Assembly: GCA_038256005.1 (NCBI GenBank)
Contig: JBBSKW010000001.1
Span: 1 to 60,321, forward strand
DNA length: 60,321 bases
Direction: 5' to 3'
Source: Pyrinomonadales bacterium
GTDB taxonomy: Bacteria; Acidobacteriota; Blastocatellia; Pyrinomonadales; Pyrinomonadaceae
Of this stretch, positions 9,957 to 19,848 are shown piece by piece (the stretch's first letter is position 1; each line of letters begins with the position of its first letter). The notes under the pieces were generated by a model, which saw only the letters and a list, made by a program, of their open reading frames with translations, ran no database searches and was not told the origin of the DNA. The position numbers and the translations under genes are program-made.

Positions 9957-10130
9957 CTAAACTTTCTTCAAAACTATAGGCTTATGCGCCGCCCTAGCGC
10001 CGCCCTTTTCGCTCTCAACCAGGTACTTCGGGTCATCACTTGAAGCCTTAACCTCGTAAGTGTTTATCTTCGTCGGCGAGGTAAGTTTATTTGGACCGTT
10101 CCGGTCGTTTTTCTCTGCGAAGTTTCCCAT
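9957..10130 (-). CDS. Possible small hydrophilic protein of 57 aa, below the ORF-track length cutoff
   Basis: My own translation is MGNFAEKNDRNGPNKLTSPTKINTYEVKASSDDPKYLVESEKGGARAAHKPIVLKKV. It fills the gap in a run of small same-strand genes. Confidence 0.3.
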   Translation of the reverse strand: MGNFAEKNDRNGPNKLTSPTKINTYEVKASSDDPKYLVESEKGGARAAHKPIVLKKV

Positions 10131-10157
10131 TCGACCTTGTCGTCTTTTTTTAAGATC

Positions 10158-10361
10158 TTAGCCTTTAGCTTTCGCGGCTCCTTTGTGTCCCGAACCGCCT
10201 GGATTTTTGCCTCCGCCGTCTTGTTTATTCACGGTCGCCCAAGCACGGGCCTCGGCCTCATCTTTTGAAACCCCTTTTTCTTCATAGGCTTGGACGATGT
10301 GGCCGGCCTTTCGTTCCTGCTTCGCGGTGTACTTACTTGTTCCGTCTTTCTTGGTCGGCAT
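10158..10361 (-). CDS. Small conserved hydrophilic protein with a K/G-rich tail, function unknown
   Basis: 67 aa. The block SKYTAKQERKAGHIVQAYEEKGVSKDEAEARAWATVNKQDGGGK resembles a widespread small-protein family that is often annotated only as hypothetical or as a plasmid-stabilisation-like protein. Confidence 0.55.
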   Translation of the reverse strand: MPTKKDGTSKYTAKQERKAGHIVQAYEEKGVSKDEAEARAWATVNKQDGGGKNPGGSGHKGAAKAKG

Positions 10362-10370
10362 AGTTTCCTC

Positions 10371-10634
10371 TTAGAGAATTCCTAAAACGCCTTCGGCAGC
10401 CGGAACGCGAGTTCGTTCGCGGTTGATGAAGGTCTGTGCGATGACGAAAAGGTTCTCGGACTCGGACTCGATTTCATTACTTCGTATCTTTTGATGAGCA
10501 CGAAAGATCGATGCCGCAAATCGGTTGCGGTCCACACCGTCAGTTCCCTGCCGCTGCTTCTTTTTCACTGTGGTAGCTGGTCGAAATTGAAACATCGCTG
10601 TTACCCCATTTAAGTCTGAATTCTTTTCGTACAC
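10371..10634 (-). CDS. Hypothetical protein; the start is uncertain and may be the internal MFQFRP
   Basis: An 87-aa ORF with no recognisable motif. It is on the same strand as the neighbouring small genes and tightly spaced with them. Confidence 0.35.
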   Translation of the reverse strand: MYEKNSDLNGVTAMFQFRPATTVKKKQRQGTDGVDRNRFAASIFRAHQKIRSNEIESESENLFVIAQTFINRERTRVPAAEGVLGIL

Positions 10635-10783
10635 GTTGCCGCTTGTTAACGCCTTCGCGGCAAGACGCGTGCCATTCGGTTTGTTCGCAAATGTTACGCA
10701 CTCGGCGGAATTCCATTGACACCAAGCAGGCGTTCTTGTAGCCTCAAACCTGAATCAAAATCGCATTTGCCGGGACTATTTAA

Positions 10784-11752
10784 TTGAGCAATCTTCGAAA
10801 ACTCGAACTACCGCCACAGGGCCTGAACACGCTTTTCGGTGTACAGGATCAAAACATTAAGTATCTGGAAACGCTTCTCGACGTGAGCATCGGCGCTCGA
10901 GGCAACGAGCTGTTGATCGATGGCGATCCGGCCGATATCGATACGGTCGAAGAGATATTGCGCGATTTCGGCAAACTCTTTGCCGAAGGGCAAACGTTCA
11001 CCGATAACGAACTGAAAGACGCTTTCAAGCAGATCGCAGAAGATCGTGCATATAGTCTGATGGACCACTTCCAGCGAAATCGGTTCAATCCGTCCGGCAA
11101 GAAATCGATCGCGCCGAAAACGGCGAATCAGCGGAAGTATCTTGATGCGATCGCCTCAAACGATCTTGTGTTTGGGATCGGCGTTGCCGGAACAGGAAAG
11201 AGCTATCTGGCCGTTGCGATGGCGGTCGACGCATTATTGAAGAAACAAGTTTCGCGAATTATTTTGACGCGTCCTGCGGTCGAAGCGGGCGAACGGCTTG
11301 GGTTTTTGCCGGGCGATCTGCAGGAGAAAGTTGATCCGTATCTTCGACCGTTGTACGACGCCTTATTCGATCTGGTCGATGCGGAAAAGGTCACAAAAAT
11401 GCTCGAAAAACGCATTATCGAGATCGCTCCGCTTGCATTCATGCGCGGACGAACTCTTGCTGACGCATTCATCATTCTCGACGAAGCTCAGAACACCACC
11501 AGCGAACAAATGAAAATGTTCCTGACCCGCATCGGCTTCGGGTCCAAAGCCGTCGTCACCGGCGACCGCACTCAGATCGACCTGCCCCGCGGCCAAAAAA
11601 GCGGCATCAAGGAAGCCGAACTGGTTCTGAAAGATCTCGACGGCATCGAGTTTGTCTATTTCACCGATAAAGACGTCGTTCGACATAAATTGGTTCAGAT
11701 GATCGTCCGTGCGTATGAAGACTACGATACTGACGAGGACGGCGCCCAGTGA
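10784..11752 (+). CDS. ybeZ: PhoH-like ATPase (YbeZ)
   Basis: 322 aa with Walker [13 protein letters not shown] and IILDEAQN. It is followed by ybeY with a 4-nt overlap. Confidence 0.9.
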   Translation: MSNLRKLELPPQGLNTLFGVQDQNIKYLETLLDVSIGARGNELLIDGDPADIDTVEEILRDFGKLFAEGQTFTDNELKDAFKQIAEDRAYSLMDHFQRNRFNPSGKKSIAPKTANQRKYLDAIASNDLVFGIGVAGTGKSYLAVAMAVDALLKKQVSRIILTRPAVEAGERLGFLPGDLQEKVDPYLRPLYDALFDLVDAEKVTKMLEKRIIEIAPLAFMRGRTLADAFIILDEAQNTTSEQMKMFLTRIGFGSKAVVTGDRTQIDLPRGQKSGIKEAELVLKDLDGIEFVYFTDKDVVRHKLVQMIVRAYEDYDTDEDGAQ

Positions 11753-12165
11753 TCGTTAACCTGCAGCGAAAGATAAAACTGGACGGTCGATCATTCGAGA
11801 GGTTTATAGAAAAGATACAAGCTGTTGAAGAAGCTGGCGGTCGAGAATTCTCGGTCGCCTTTGTTTCAGACCGCCGGATGAAAGAATTGAACAAGCTCTT
11901 TCGCGGCAAAGAGGATACGACCGACGTTCTTTCCTTCCCGCACGAACCTGACGAATTCGATCCAGACAAAGAAAACCTTGGCGACATCGTAATATCTGTC
12001 GAACAAGCACTTCGCCAGGCCGAGCTAAATGGTCTCACTCTCGAATTGGAGATTAAGCAACTGATCCTACATGGTGTGTTGCACCTGTGCGCCTACGATC
12101 ACGAAACCGACAACGGGGAGATGAACGCACGCGAACTCGAACTGCGCGAAAATCTCGGAATTTAG
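11749..12165 (+). CDS. ybeY: rRNA maturation endoribonuclease YbeY
   Basis: 138 aa with the zinc motif [14 protein letters not shown] (H-x3-H-x5-H). Confidence 0.9.
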   Translation: MIVNLQRKIKLDGRSFERFIEKIQAVEEAGGREFSVAFVSDRRMKELNKLFRGKEDTTDVLSFPHEPDEFDPDKENLGDIVISVEQALRQAELNGLTLELEIKQLILHGVLHLCAYDHETDNGEMNARELELRENLGI

Positions 12166-12244
12166 CCCCATATCTACGCATATAAACGCTGGTCAGAAAA
12201 TTCTTATCTGCGTCCATCCGTGTTAATCTGTGGCTAATTTTCTT

Positions 12245-13771
12245 ATGGCTGAACAACAAAAAACCGCTGAGCCGTGCGTGATGGTCATCTTTGGAGCGAC
12301 CGGTGATCTTACTAAACGTAAGCTCTTCCCTGCCCTTTATAATCTGGCGAAAGACGGCCATTTGCCCGACAACTTCGCGATCGTCGGGGTTGGGCGTCAG
12401 GAGATGCTGTCGGAGGAATTTCGCGATGAAATGACCGCGAACCTGAAAGAGTTCGCCGGGACGAAAGGCGATGCCGAGCATATCAAATGGTTTTGCGAAC
12501 GTACGTTTTACACCGGCGGAGATTTTGATGACGATAAAAAGCTGTTCAACGATCTGAAAGATCTTCTTCGCGACGTGACCACCGCCCACAACATCCCCGA
12601 AAACTATTTTTATTACATGGCGATCCCACCGAATCTTTTTGCCAATGTGGCACAGAAGATCGTAAAGAATGGGCTGGGCAAAGAGGAGAACGGAAATTGG
12701 AGGCGGTTTATTTTTGAGAAGCCGTTCGGTCACGATCTCGGTTCGGCAAAAAAGCTGAATGCCGATCTGTTGAAGATCTTGAAAGAGCGGCAGATCTACC
12801 GCATCGATCATTATCTTGGAAAAGAGACGGTGCAGAATTTACTAGTTTTTCGATTTGGAAACAGCATCTGGGAACCTATCTGGAATCGCAATTACATTGA
12901 TCTCGTTCAGATCACGGTTGCCGAAACACTAGGCGTTGAACAGCGCGGCGGTTATTACGACACGGCCGGTGCCTTACGCGACATGATCCCGAACCACATT
13001 TTCCAGCTAATGACGCTGACAGCCATGGAACCGCCCGTCTCATTCGAAGCCGATTCCGTCCGCGACGAACAGGTTAAGATCTTGCAAGCGATAAAGACCT
13101 TCACGCCGGAAGAAGCTTTGCATAATGCAGTTCGCGGCCAATATGGAGAAGGCAAGTTCGGTGCAAAGAAAGTTCCTGCCTACAAAACCGAAGAAAGCGT
13201 GTCGCCCGAATCGCCTACCGAAACATACGCCGCACTAAAACTAGACATCGACAATTGGCGTTGGGCTGACGTGCCGTTTTACGTGCGAACGGGAAAGCGT
13301 CTGGCGGCAAAACATTCGAGTATCGTTATTCAATTCAAGAAAGCTCCGTTCGTACTGTTTCGCGACACCTCCATCGAAAGGCTCACGACCAATCGCATCG
13401 AGATCCACATTCAGCCCGACGAAGGCATCACGCTGCACTTCGGTGCTAAGGTCCCCGGGCCGATCGTGCAGATGGGCGCGGTCGACATGGATTTCAACTA
13501 CGTTGACCACTTTGGCGAACAGATCTCGACCGGTTACGAGCGATTATTGTTCGACTGTATGATCGGCGACGCAACGCTTTTTCAGCGTGCCGACATGGTC
13601 GAATCGAGTTGGGCTATTGTCACGCCGATAATTGACGTCTGGACGGCAATTCCACCGCGAGACTTCCCGAATTACGGGTCGGGCGGTTGGGGGCCTGCGG
13701 ATGCGGACGAACTGTTGGCCCGCGACGGCCGAAAGTGGAAGAATACCGAACATCCGATGGCTGCCAAGTAA
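12245..13771 (+). CDS. zwf: Glucose-6-phosphate 1-dehydrogenase
   Basis: Contains [19 protein letters not shown] and [10 protein letters not shown] prefer the ATG at 12245 over the GTG at 12230. Confidence 0.93.
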   Translation: MAEQQKTAEPCVMVIFGATGDLTKRKLFPALYNLAKDGHLPDNFAIVGVGRQEMLSEEFRDEMTANLKEFAGTKGDAEHIKWFCERTFYTGGDFDDDKKLFNDLKDLLRDVTTAHNIPENYFYYMAIPPNLFANVAQKIVKNGLGKEENGNWRRFIFEKPFGHDLGSAKKLNADLLKILKERQIYRIDHYLGKETVQNLLVFRFGNSIWEPIWNRNYIDLVQITVAETLGVEQRGGYYDTAGALRDMIPNHIFQLMTLTAMEPPVSFEADSVRDEQVKILQAIKTFTPEEALHNAVRGQYGEGKFGAKKVPAYKTEESVSPESPTETYAALKLDIDNWRWADVPFYVRTGKRLAAKHSSIVIQFKKAPFVLFRDTSIERLTTNRIEIHIQPDEGITLHFGAKVPGPIVQMGAVDMDFNYVDHFGEQISTGYERLLFDCMIGDATLFQRADMVESSWAIVTPIIDVWTAIPPRDFPNYGSGGWGPADADELLARDGRKWKNTEHPMAAK

Positions 13772-13818
13772 CAGTTGCATTTCTGCGTGCGGCAACTTAA
13801 CATTCAGTTTCATTAAGT

Positions 13819-15141
13819 ATGTTAATTGAGATAGTCGTCGGTGCACTGGTCCTTATCGCTCTCGTGTTTCTCGCGTCGGTCGATCTTGCGTTTTCACACC
13901 TTTCCGATCTCAGCCTACGGCGCCTTTCGTCCGAGTCGGACGACACGCTCAACACACGTTCGACACAGCTGTTAAGAACTATCCTCGCCGATCGCCCACG
14001 ATTCCGTTTCGCTCTCTCCTCAGCGATCCAAGCGCTTCTGATCGGGTTCACTGTGCTTGTCACATGGATGGTGCTCAACTGGACGAACGATCGTACCCTA
14101 CTCTTAGTTTATGCTCTGGTGATCGGCCTTTTCGTGACGGCCGTCTTCCGTCAGATCCTTCCGCGATTGTTGGTTCGCGATAAGCCAGAGCGCAAGTTGT
14201 TAGTGCTCCTTCCGATCGTTCGCCCGCTTTACGCCGCTGCGACGGTGCTGACGAGTCCATTCGCAGGATTCTTTACGGTCAAGGAAACTTCGAAGATCGA
14301 CATGACCGTCAACCCGGATTCGCCCGATGATGATGACGGCTATGACGAAGGCTTTCAAGCACTAATGGAAGTCGGCGAGGCCGAAGGCATCTTTGAAGAA
14401 GACGAACGTGAATTGATCGAATCGGTCGTTGAGTTTAGCGACACGCGTGCGGGTGAAATAATGACGCCGCGAACGGAAATTTGTGGTATCGCGGCAGGAA
14501 CAACGGTTCGAGCGGCCCGCGATGTGATGATCGAGGAAAAGTACTCGCGGCTGCCTGTATATCGCGATTCGATCGATAACATCGAGGGAATTATTTACGT
14601 TCGGGATCTACTGACCGCTTGGGCAAGCGGACGAGAAGACGACCCGATAGACAGCATGCTTCGTGACGTTTATCTTGTCCCTGAGACTAAGTCCGCGGCT
14701 GATCTGCTCAAGACGATGCAGGTCGAACATGTGCAGATCGCGATCGTAATTGATGAATACGGTGGCGTGGCCGGCATCGTGACTTTGGAAGACATCATCG
14801 AAGAGATCGTTGGCGAGATCGAAGATGAGGACATCGAAGAAGAAGAAATAATCGAGATCATAGAGGGCGAAGCTGGATATTATGATGTTCTTGGGTCGAC
14901 CGAGATCGACAAGATCGAACGCCTATTCGACATCGAGCTGGAAGACGACGATTACACGACCGTTGCCGGAATGGTCACGAGCGAGGCCGGTTATGTCCCG
15001 AAGCAAGATGAAGAATTGATAATTCGCGGCCTGAATATCACTATTCTTCGCGCAGAAGAAAAGCGTATCAATTTCCTACGACTAAGGCTTGCAGACCCGG
15101 ACGCTGAGGTAGCCGTTGACAAATCGTCAACCCAAGCCTGA
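13819..15141 (+). CDS. CNNM/DUF21 transmembrane protein with a CBS pair and a CorC_HlyC domain (hemolysin/CorC family)
   Basis: 440 aa. An N-terminal DUF21-type TM region is followed by CBS-like repeats and a C-terminal transporter-associated domain. It contains an acidic EIEDEDIEEEE linker. Confidence 0.85.
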   Translation: MLIEIVVGALVLIALVFLASVDLAFSHLSDLSLRRLSSESDDTLNTRSTQLLRTILADRPRFRFALSSAIQALLIGFTVLVTWMVLNWTNDRTLLLVYALVIGLFVTAVFRQILPRLLVRDKPERKLLVLLPIVRPLYAAATVLTSPFAGFFTVKETSKIDMTVNPDSPDDDDGYDEGFQALMEVGEAEGIFEEDERELIESVVEFSDTRAGEIMTPRTEICGIAAGTTVRAARDVMIEEKYSRLPVYRDSIDNIEGIIYVRDLLTAWASGREDDPIDSMLRDVYLVPETKSAADLLKTMQVEHVQIAIVIDEYGGVAGIVTLEDIIEEIVGEIEDEDIEEEEIIEIIEGEAGYYDVLGSTEIDKIERLFDIELEDDDYTTVAGMVTSEAGYVPKQDEELIIRGLNITILRAEEKRINFLRLRLADPDAEVAVDKSSTQA

Positions 15142-15173
15142 TCTATTAAGGCGTTAAAAATCGGGCGCGGAAA

Positions 15174-15229
15174 ACGCGTTCTAAACTGCGACGTTCAGCG
15201 CATCGGCCGAACCTACATTTAGAACGCGT
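15174..15229. terminator. 12-bp inverted repeat between convergent genes, possibly a terminator structure
   Basis: ACGCGTTCTAAA (15174..15185) pairs with TTTAGAACGCGT (15218..15229) across a 32-nt loop. There is no clear T-tract. Confidence 0.3.
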
Positions 15230-15264
15230 AATTTACTCGGAAGCGAAACGTTTACCCTTCCCAA

Positions 15265-15702
15265 CTATTCCGATACTACGTCGACTGCCCCAGTCTTCGC
15301 GTCGGAATTTTTTGCACTCCGCGGTACTGGTTTATCGTAGCCTTTTCTTGGGATCAAAATAATTCGGTCAAGTTTGATCGGATGCCGCGACATATTGGCG
15401 GCCATTTGATCGCCATTGCCTTCAGAGTAATCGAATGAATAGGTGTACTGCCCCGCTGCAAGCCGTTTACAGAGCTGATCCTCAAGGTGAAAGACGAAAG
15501 CATCGGCGTAAATGCCAAGCCCTTCATCAACCTGTCCGATCACATTCTCTTCGTCGCCTTCCAAATATACGGGGATCGCTTCAAGGTGTTCACATCGTCC
15601 ATATAGCTGTCCGAGAACGTGTCGCCGCGAAACCGAAAGAGTTTTAATTTCCGTCTGTCGGTTCAATACAGCCACGGCCGGGTCAATTGTTTCTGATTCC
15701 AT
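15265..15702 (-). CDS. Hypothetical protein
   Basis: A 145-aa ORF with coding-like composition and no recognisable motif. Confidence 0.5.
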   Translation of the reverse strand: MESETIDPAVAVLNRQTEIKTLSVSRRHVLGQLYGRCEHLEAIPVYLEGDEENVIGQVDEGLGIYADAFVFHLEDQLCKRLAAGQYTYSFDYSEGNGDQMAANMSRHPIKLDRIILIPRKGYDKPVPRSAKNSDAKTGAVDVVSE

Positions 15703-15746
15703 TTTCTGCTCCTAAACTCTGGGGGAGTGTGGGCCTATAAGCCGCT

Positions 15747-15790
15747 TCAAAATAAAAACGGTGCCGACAACTTTCGCTTTCGGCACCGTT
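15747..15790 (-). terminator. Rho-independent terminator of the RRM protein gene
   Basis: The minus strand reads AACGGTGCCG-13 nt-CGGCACCGTT followed by TTTATTTT. Confidence 0.7.
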
Positions 15791-15808
15791 TCAACCTAAA
15801 TTAAAGGC

Positions 15809-16162
15809 TTACCAGCGTTTTCCGCCGCCGTAGCCGCCGCCACCGCCGCCGCCACGGTTACCACCGCCGCCGCCGCCGTAACCACCACCACCACCGCCGC
15901 GACCACCGCGATCTTCGCGGGGTTTAGCTTCGTTAACTTTAAGATTTCGGCCGTTTACTTCTTTGCCGTCAAGCTGTGCGATAGCTTCATCGCCTTCCGA
16001 CTTCGACGACATTTCGACGAATCCAAATCCGCGTGAGCGGCCGGTTTCACGATCTTCGACGACGTTCGCCGATTCGACCGTTCCGTGTGCTGCAAAAAGA
16101 TCACTGAGATCCTGATTCGATGTACCAAAATCCAAATTACCTACGTAAAGTTTCGTTGACAT
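15809..16162 (-). CDS. RRM-type RNA-binding protein with a glycine-rich C-terminal tail
   Basis: RNP2 is KLYVGNL and RNP1 is RGFGFVEM. The C-terminus is GGRGGGGGGYGGGGGGNRGGGGGGGYGGGKRW. Confidence 0.9.
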   Translation of the reverse strand: MSTKLYVGNLDFGTSNQDLSDLFAAHGTVESANVVEDRETGRSRGFGFVEMSSKSEGDEAIAQLDGKEVNGRNLKVNEAKPREDRGGRGGGGGGYGGGGGGNRGGGGGGGYGGGKRW

Positions 16163-16552
16163 TATTATTTATCCTTTCCCGCCTAGGGGAATTTCTTAGA
16201 AGCTGCGAATTGGACTTATTTGGCCACGAATTCGGATACTCAAATTTCGAGAGTTACTTCTGACTTACTGACAAGGCCCGCTCTCAAATCTGATCCAAAA
16301 CCGTTAAGAAAAGGCGCATCGTTCAATGCGAGAGTAGGATTACCTTTTCAGGATGCACCTTTCGTTATTAAATAGCAAGCCGGCACGCGGGAAATCGGGG
16401 CTTTGGAGAAGTATCCGTCATGGATAATTCTTAAACCTTCTAAAGCTTATTTGCGTTTAGGCTGTTTAAGTTTAGTATTTAGAAATTCGTTTTGCGGCCC
16501 GTTCGCTTCGGGCAACTAAATATATACAAACTCCGTCAAGCAAATCTTAAAG

Positions 16553-19351
16553 ATGAAAAAACGATCGATCCTTTTTCTGGCGTTGTATTGCGTCATTCTT
16601 TCCATCAACTCATTTGCTCAAGTGGAACCAAAGTTCGACTTTTACGACCGCGGCCCTTACCGCGAAAATGTGCCCAAACCGCAAAAGACGCTTCGGTTTG
16701 ACGTGGGCGAGCAGCACACGACCTATGGGCAAATGGAGCAGGTCATATTTGGCATTGCGAATGCCGCACCCGACCGCGTCAAGATATTTGAGATCGGGAC
16801 GACGAATGAAAATCGGATGCAGTATGTCGTCGCGATCTCCTCGCCCGAGAATATGGTCCGGCTTGATGAGATAAAGGCGAATACAGTTAAGCTTGCCGAT
16901 CCGCGAAATACAAATGCTTCCGAAGCAGCCGCGATCGCAGCGAATACTCCGGCTACGGCTTGGATGGCATATACGATCCACGGAAACGAATCGGCTTCAT
17001 TCGAGACGTTTATGCAGGTCGTCTATCAGCTTGCCGCATCGAACGAACCCGCGACGCTCGACATTCTAAAGAACAACATAGTCTTGATCGTTACCGGTGA
17101 GAACCCCGACGGACATGAACGATTTGCAACCTGGTATAACTCGGTCGCTATCGGAAGCCCAGACCGCAACGCTATCGAAAAACGCGAACCGTGGGCGATC
17201 TGGGGCCGAGTCAATCATTACCGATTTAATCTGAATCGCGACACGCTGACCTTTTCGCAAAAGGAATCGCGCAATATGCAGAAGGCGTATTTGGAATGGA
17301 ATCCGCAGCTCGCCGTCGACCATCACGGACAGACTTCGCAGTTCTTCTTCCCGCCCACGAGTTTGCCGGTAAATCCGAATCTGCCTCAGCCCGCGACGGC
17401 GAAATGGGAAGACCGTTACGGCCGCTCGAATGCCGCAGCCTTTGAAAAGAACAATTGGGATTACTACATCCGGGACGTTTTCGACGCATTCTATCCCGGC
17501 TATTGGGATATGTACCCGAGCTTGAACGGTGCGACCGGAATGACCTATGAAACAGACGGCGGCGGACCCAAAGGCTTAAATTGGACACGTGACGACGGAA
17601 CGATCGTTACCTTCAGATCGTCGATCGCAAAACATTACGTTGCGTCACTGGCGACGCTTGAAACGAATGCCAGACACCGCGAAGAGCGGCTGAAGGACTT
17701 CTACGAATTTCGTGCGAGAAGCATTGCCGATCATAAAAGTTCGAAACTGAAACGTGTCGTGATCGATCCGTCAAGCGATCGTGTAAAGGCCGCAGAGATG
17801 ATGGAAATATTGCGTCTCTCGAAGGTTGAAGTAAAGGTCGCAACCGCTCCGTTCACGTCTCCGACCGCTCATACTTATATGGAAAAGGACGCGAAGGCTG
17901 CGTCGAAAACATTCCCAGCCGGTTCGTACATTATTGATCTCGATCAGCCGCAACGCATCTACATCAAGTCAGTGCTTGAACAGAACACCCCGCAGACTCA
18001 GGCTTTCATTGATGACAATATGGCCCGATTTCGCCGTAACCAACTTCGCGGCAAAGGCCAACCGAAGGAAGATTACGGCTTTTATGACATTACGGCTTGG
18101 TCGCTTCCGCTTGCGTTCGGATTAGATGCCTGGTGGACGGAAGAAACGTCGAATGTGGCGAGCAATGCGGTCGATGCTGCATACCTTGAAAATGCAAAAC
18201 GCGGAACAGTATCATCGCGGGCTTCTGTCGCGTACATCATCCCGTACGAGACCGATTCGACAAGCGCGATGATCATGCGCATGCTGCAGGAAGGGCATAA
18301 GATCGCCGTGACAACTCGTCAGTTGAACGCGGGTGGAAAGAACTATCGGCCGGGCACATTTGTCGTTCGTGTTTCGCGTAACAGAGAGGCCATCCACGAT
18401 GTGGTCGCACGCTATTCGCGGGAAATGGGCGTAAACGTGATCGGCGTAAATTCCGGTTATTCTGACGAAGGCGACACGAGCGTCGGCGGCGAAGCTGTGT
18501 TATCGCTTCGTGCACCGAAGATCGCGATCGCTGCTGACGAAGGCGTAAGCCAGGAATCATACGGCGCGATCTGGTGGACATTCGATAAATACGGCGTGAA
18601 ATTTACGCCGATGACGATCGGCTCGATCCGTAGCGACGGCCTGAAAGATTACAACGTTTTGATCTTGCCCGAAGGCTCGCCGGGAAGATATATGAGCCAG
18701 TTCGGAGCAGGCGGAATTGCGACGCTTAAAGAGTTTGCCTCAAACGGCGGGACGATCGTAACCATCAGCGGAGCATCGGTCTTTGCGGCATTGAAAGACG
18801 TTGGGCTAACTTCGACCAAGCTGGTCGGCAGCGACGACGACGAACAGAAAGGAAAGGCCGACGGCGACGCGAAAAAAGAACCTACGCCTCCGCCAACTCC
18901 CGAACCGACACCGGCTCCGATCAGCGATCAAACTACGGACGTCGGTGCCACACTTCCCGCGATAGCTTCGCCATCAGCAAATTTAAACAATGTACCCGAA
19001 GGCCTGGCCGGAGCGATCATGCGTGCGACCGTGGATCAAACTACATACCTAACTTACGGCGTTAACAAGACCGAAATGCCGGTGCTTTTGGCAAGCGGTT
19101 ATTTCTTTAGGTATTCTAAGGAAGGCACGAACGCCCTTGTGTTTGATGCCAACCCAAAGAAGCCTCTCACCATCTCAGGATTTGTTTGGGAAGGAAATAC
19201 TGAAAGACTCTTAAAGGGAACGTCTTATGTGATCGATGAAAATCTAGGCCGCGGTCATGTTGTTCTATTCGCCGAGGATCCATTCTTCCGCGGTATGACG
19301 CGGGCAAATACACGGCCGTTCTTTAATTCGATCTTGTTCAATCCATTTTGA
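16553..19351 (+). CDS. Secreted M14-family zinc carboxypeptidase-like protein of 932 aa
   Basis: It has a signal peptide, the HGNE zinc/catalytic motif (AYTIHGNESASFE), NPDG, a P/T-rich linker (PTPPPTPEPTPAP) and a large C-terminal region. Confidence 0.8.
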   Translation: MKKRSILFLALYCVILSINSFAQVEPKFDFYDRGPYRENVPKPQKTLRFDVGEQHTTYGQMEQVIFGIANAAPDRVKIFEIGTTNENRMQYVVAISSPENMVRLDEIKANTVKLADPRNTNASEAAAIAANTPATAWMAYTIHGNESASFETFMQVVYQLAASNEPATLDILKNNIVLIVTGENPDGHERFATWYNSVAIGSPDRNAIEKREPWAIWGRVNHYRFNLNRDTLTFSQKESRNMQKAYLEWNPQLAVDHHGQTSQFFFPPTSLPVNPNLPQPATAKWEDRYGRSNAAAFEKNNWDYYIRDVFDAFYPGYWDMYPSLNGATGMTYETDGGGPKGLNWTRDDGTIVTFRSSIAKHYVASLATLETNARHREERLKDFYEFRARSIADHKSSKLKRVVIDPSSDRVKAAEMMEILRLSKVEVKVATAPFTSPTAHTYMEKDAKAASKTFPAGSYIIDLDQPQRIYIKSVLEQNTPQTQAFIDDNMARFRRNQLRGKGQPKEDYGFYDITAWSLPLAFGLDAWWTEETSNVASNAVDAAYLENAKRGTVSSRASVAYIIPYETDSTSAMIMRMLQEGHKIAVTTRQLNAGGKNYRPGTFVVRVSRNREAIHDVVARYSREMGVNVIGVNSGYSDEGDTSVGGEAVLSLRAPKIAIAADEGVSQESYGAIWWTFDKYGVKFTPMTIGSIRSDGLKDYNVLILPEGSPGRYMSQFGAGGIATLKEFASNGGTIVTISGASVFAALKDVGLTSTKLVGSDDDEQKGKADGDAKKEPTPPPTPEPTPAPISDQTTDVGATLPAIASPSANLNNVPEGLAGAIMRATVDQTTYLTYGVNKTEMPVLLASGYFFRYSKEGTNALVFDANPKKPLTISGFVWEGNTERLLKGTSYVIDENLGRGHVVLFAEDPFFRGMTRANTRPFFNSILFNPF

Positions 19352-19362
19352 TGTAGCTATTT

Positions 19363-19848
19363 ATGTTTACAGTAAAAGCAGGTTACAGCGACAAGTTCGA
19401 ACTTCGCTCGGGCGTAGAACAGGTCCGTGAATTCTTTGCGGATCTGACCAACGTCGCCGATCTTATGCCGGGCGTTGCAAGCATCCATACCGACGCAAAA
19501 GGCGTTTCCCATTGGAAGATCGAAGCCGATATTCCGGTCGTGGGACAAATGATGCAAAAGTTCAGCGTCGAACTAGCTGAAGTGTCGGAAGAACGCGTTG
19601 AGTGGTTTCCGATGCAGGCCGAGACGCAGAATTTCCTGCGGTTCTCGACAGAGTTTTATGAGAAGGCAAAGAATGTAACCTTGGTTCATTTTTCGCAAAT
19701 GGTCGAATTAAGGCGTAAGAACGCACGTGATCTGCATATGCTTGCCGGACTCGCGGGCGAAACATTGATAAGCAATGAAATGAGCAAAAAGATCACAGAA
19801 ATGATCAAAATATTTATTCAACGAACAAAGGAGAAGTTAGAGAAATGA
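19363..19848 (+). CDS. SRPBCC-superfamily (polyketide cyclase/CoxG-like) protein
   Basis: 161 aa with a START/Bet v1-like pattern. This is a weak assignment based on motifs only. Confidence 0.5.
   Translation: MFTVKAGYSDKFELRSGVEQVREFFADLTNVADLMPGVASIHTDAKGVSHWKIEADIPVVGQMMQKFSVELAEVSEERVEWFPMQAETQNFLRFSTEFYEKAKNVTLVHFSQMVELRRKNARDLHMLAGLAGETLISNEMSKKITEMIKIFIQRTKEKLEK

Noticed and set aside
12053-12811. 252-aa minus-strand ORF
   Set aside because: It is antisense to the clearly identified zwf and ybeY genes and has no recognisable motifs, so it is a shadow ORF.
15825-15905. GCC/GCCGCC-rich simple-sequence tract, a possible microsatellite or G-quadruplex on the minus strand
   Set aside because: It encodes the glycine-rich tail (GGRGGGGGGYGGGGGGNRGGGGGGGYGGG) of the RRM protein, in frame. 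This is a known feature of that protein class.
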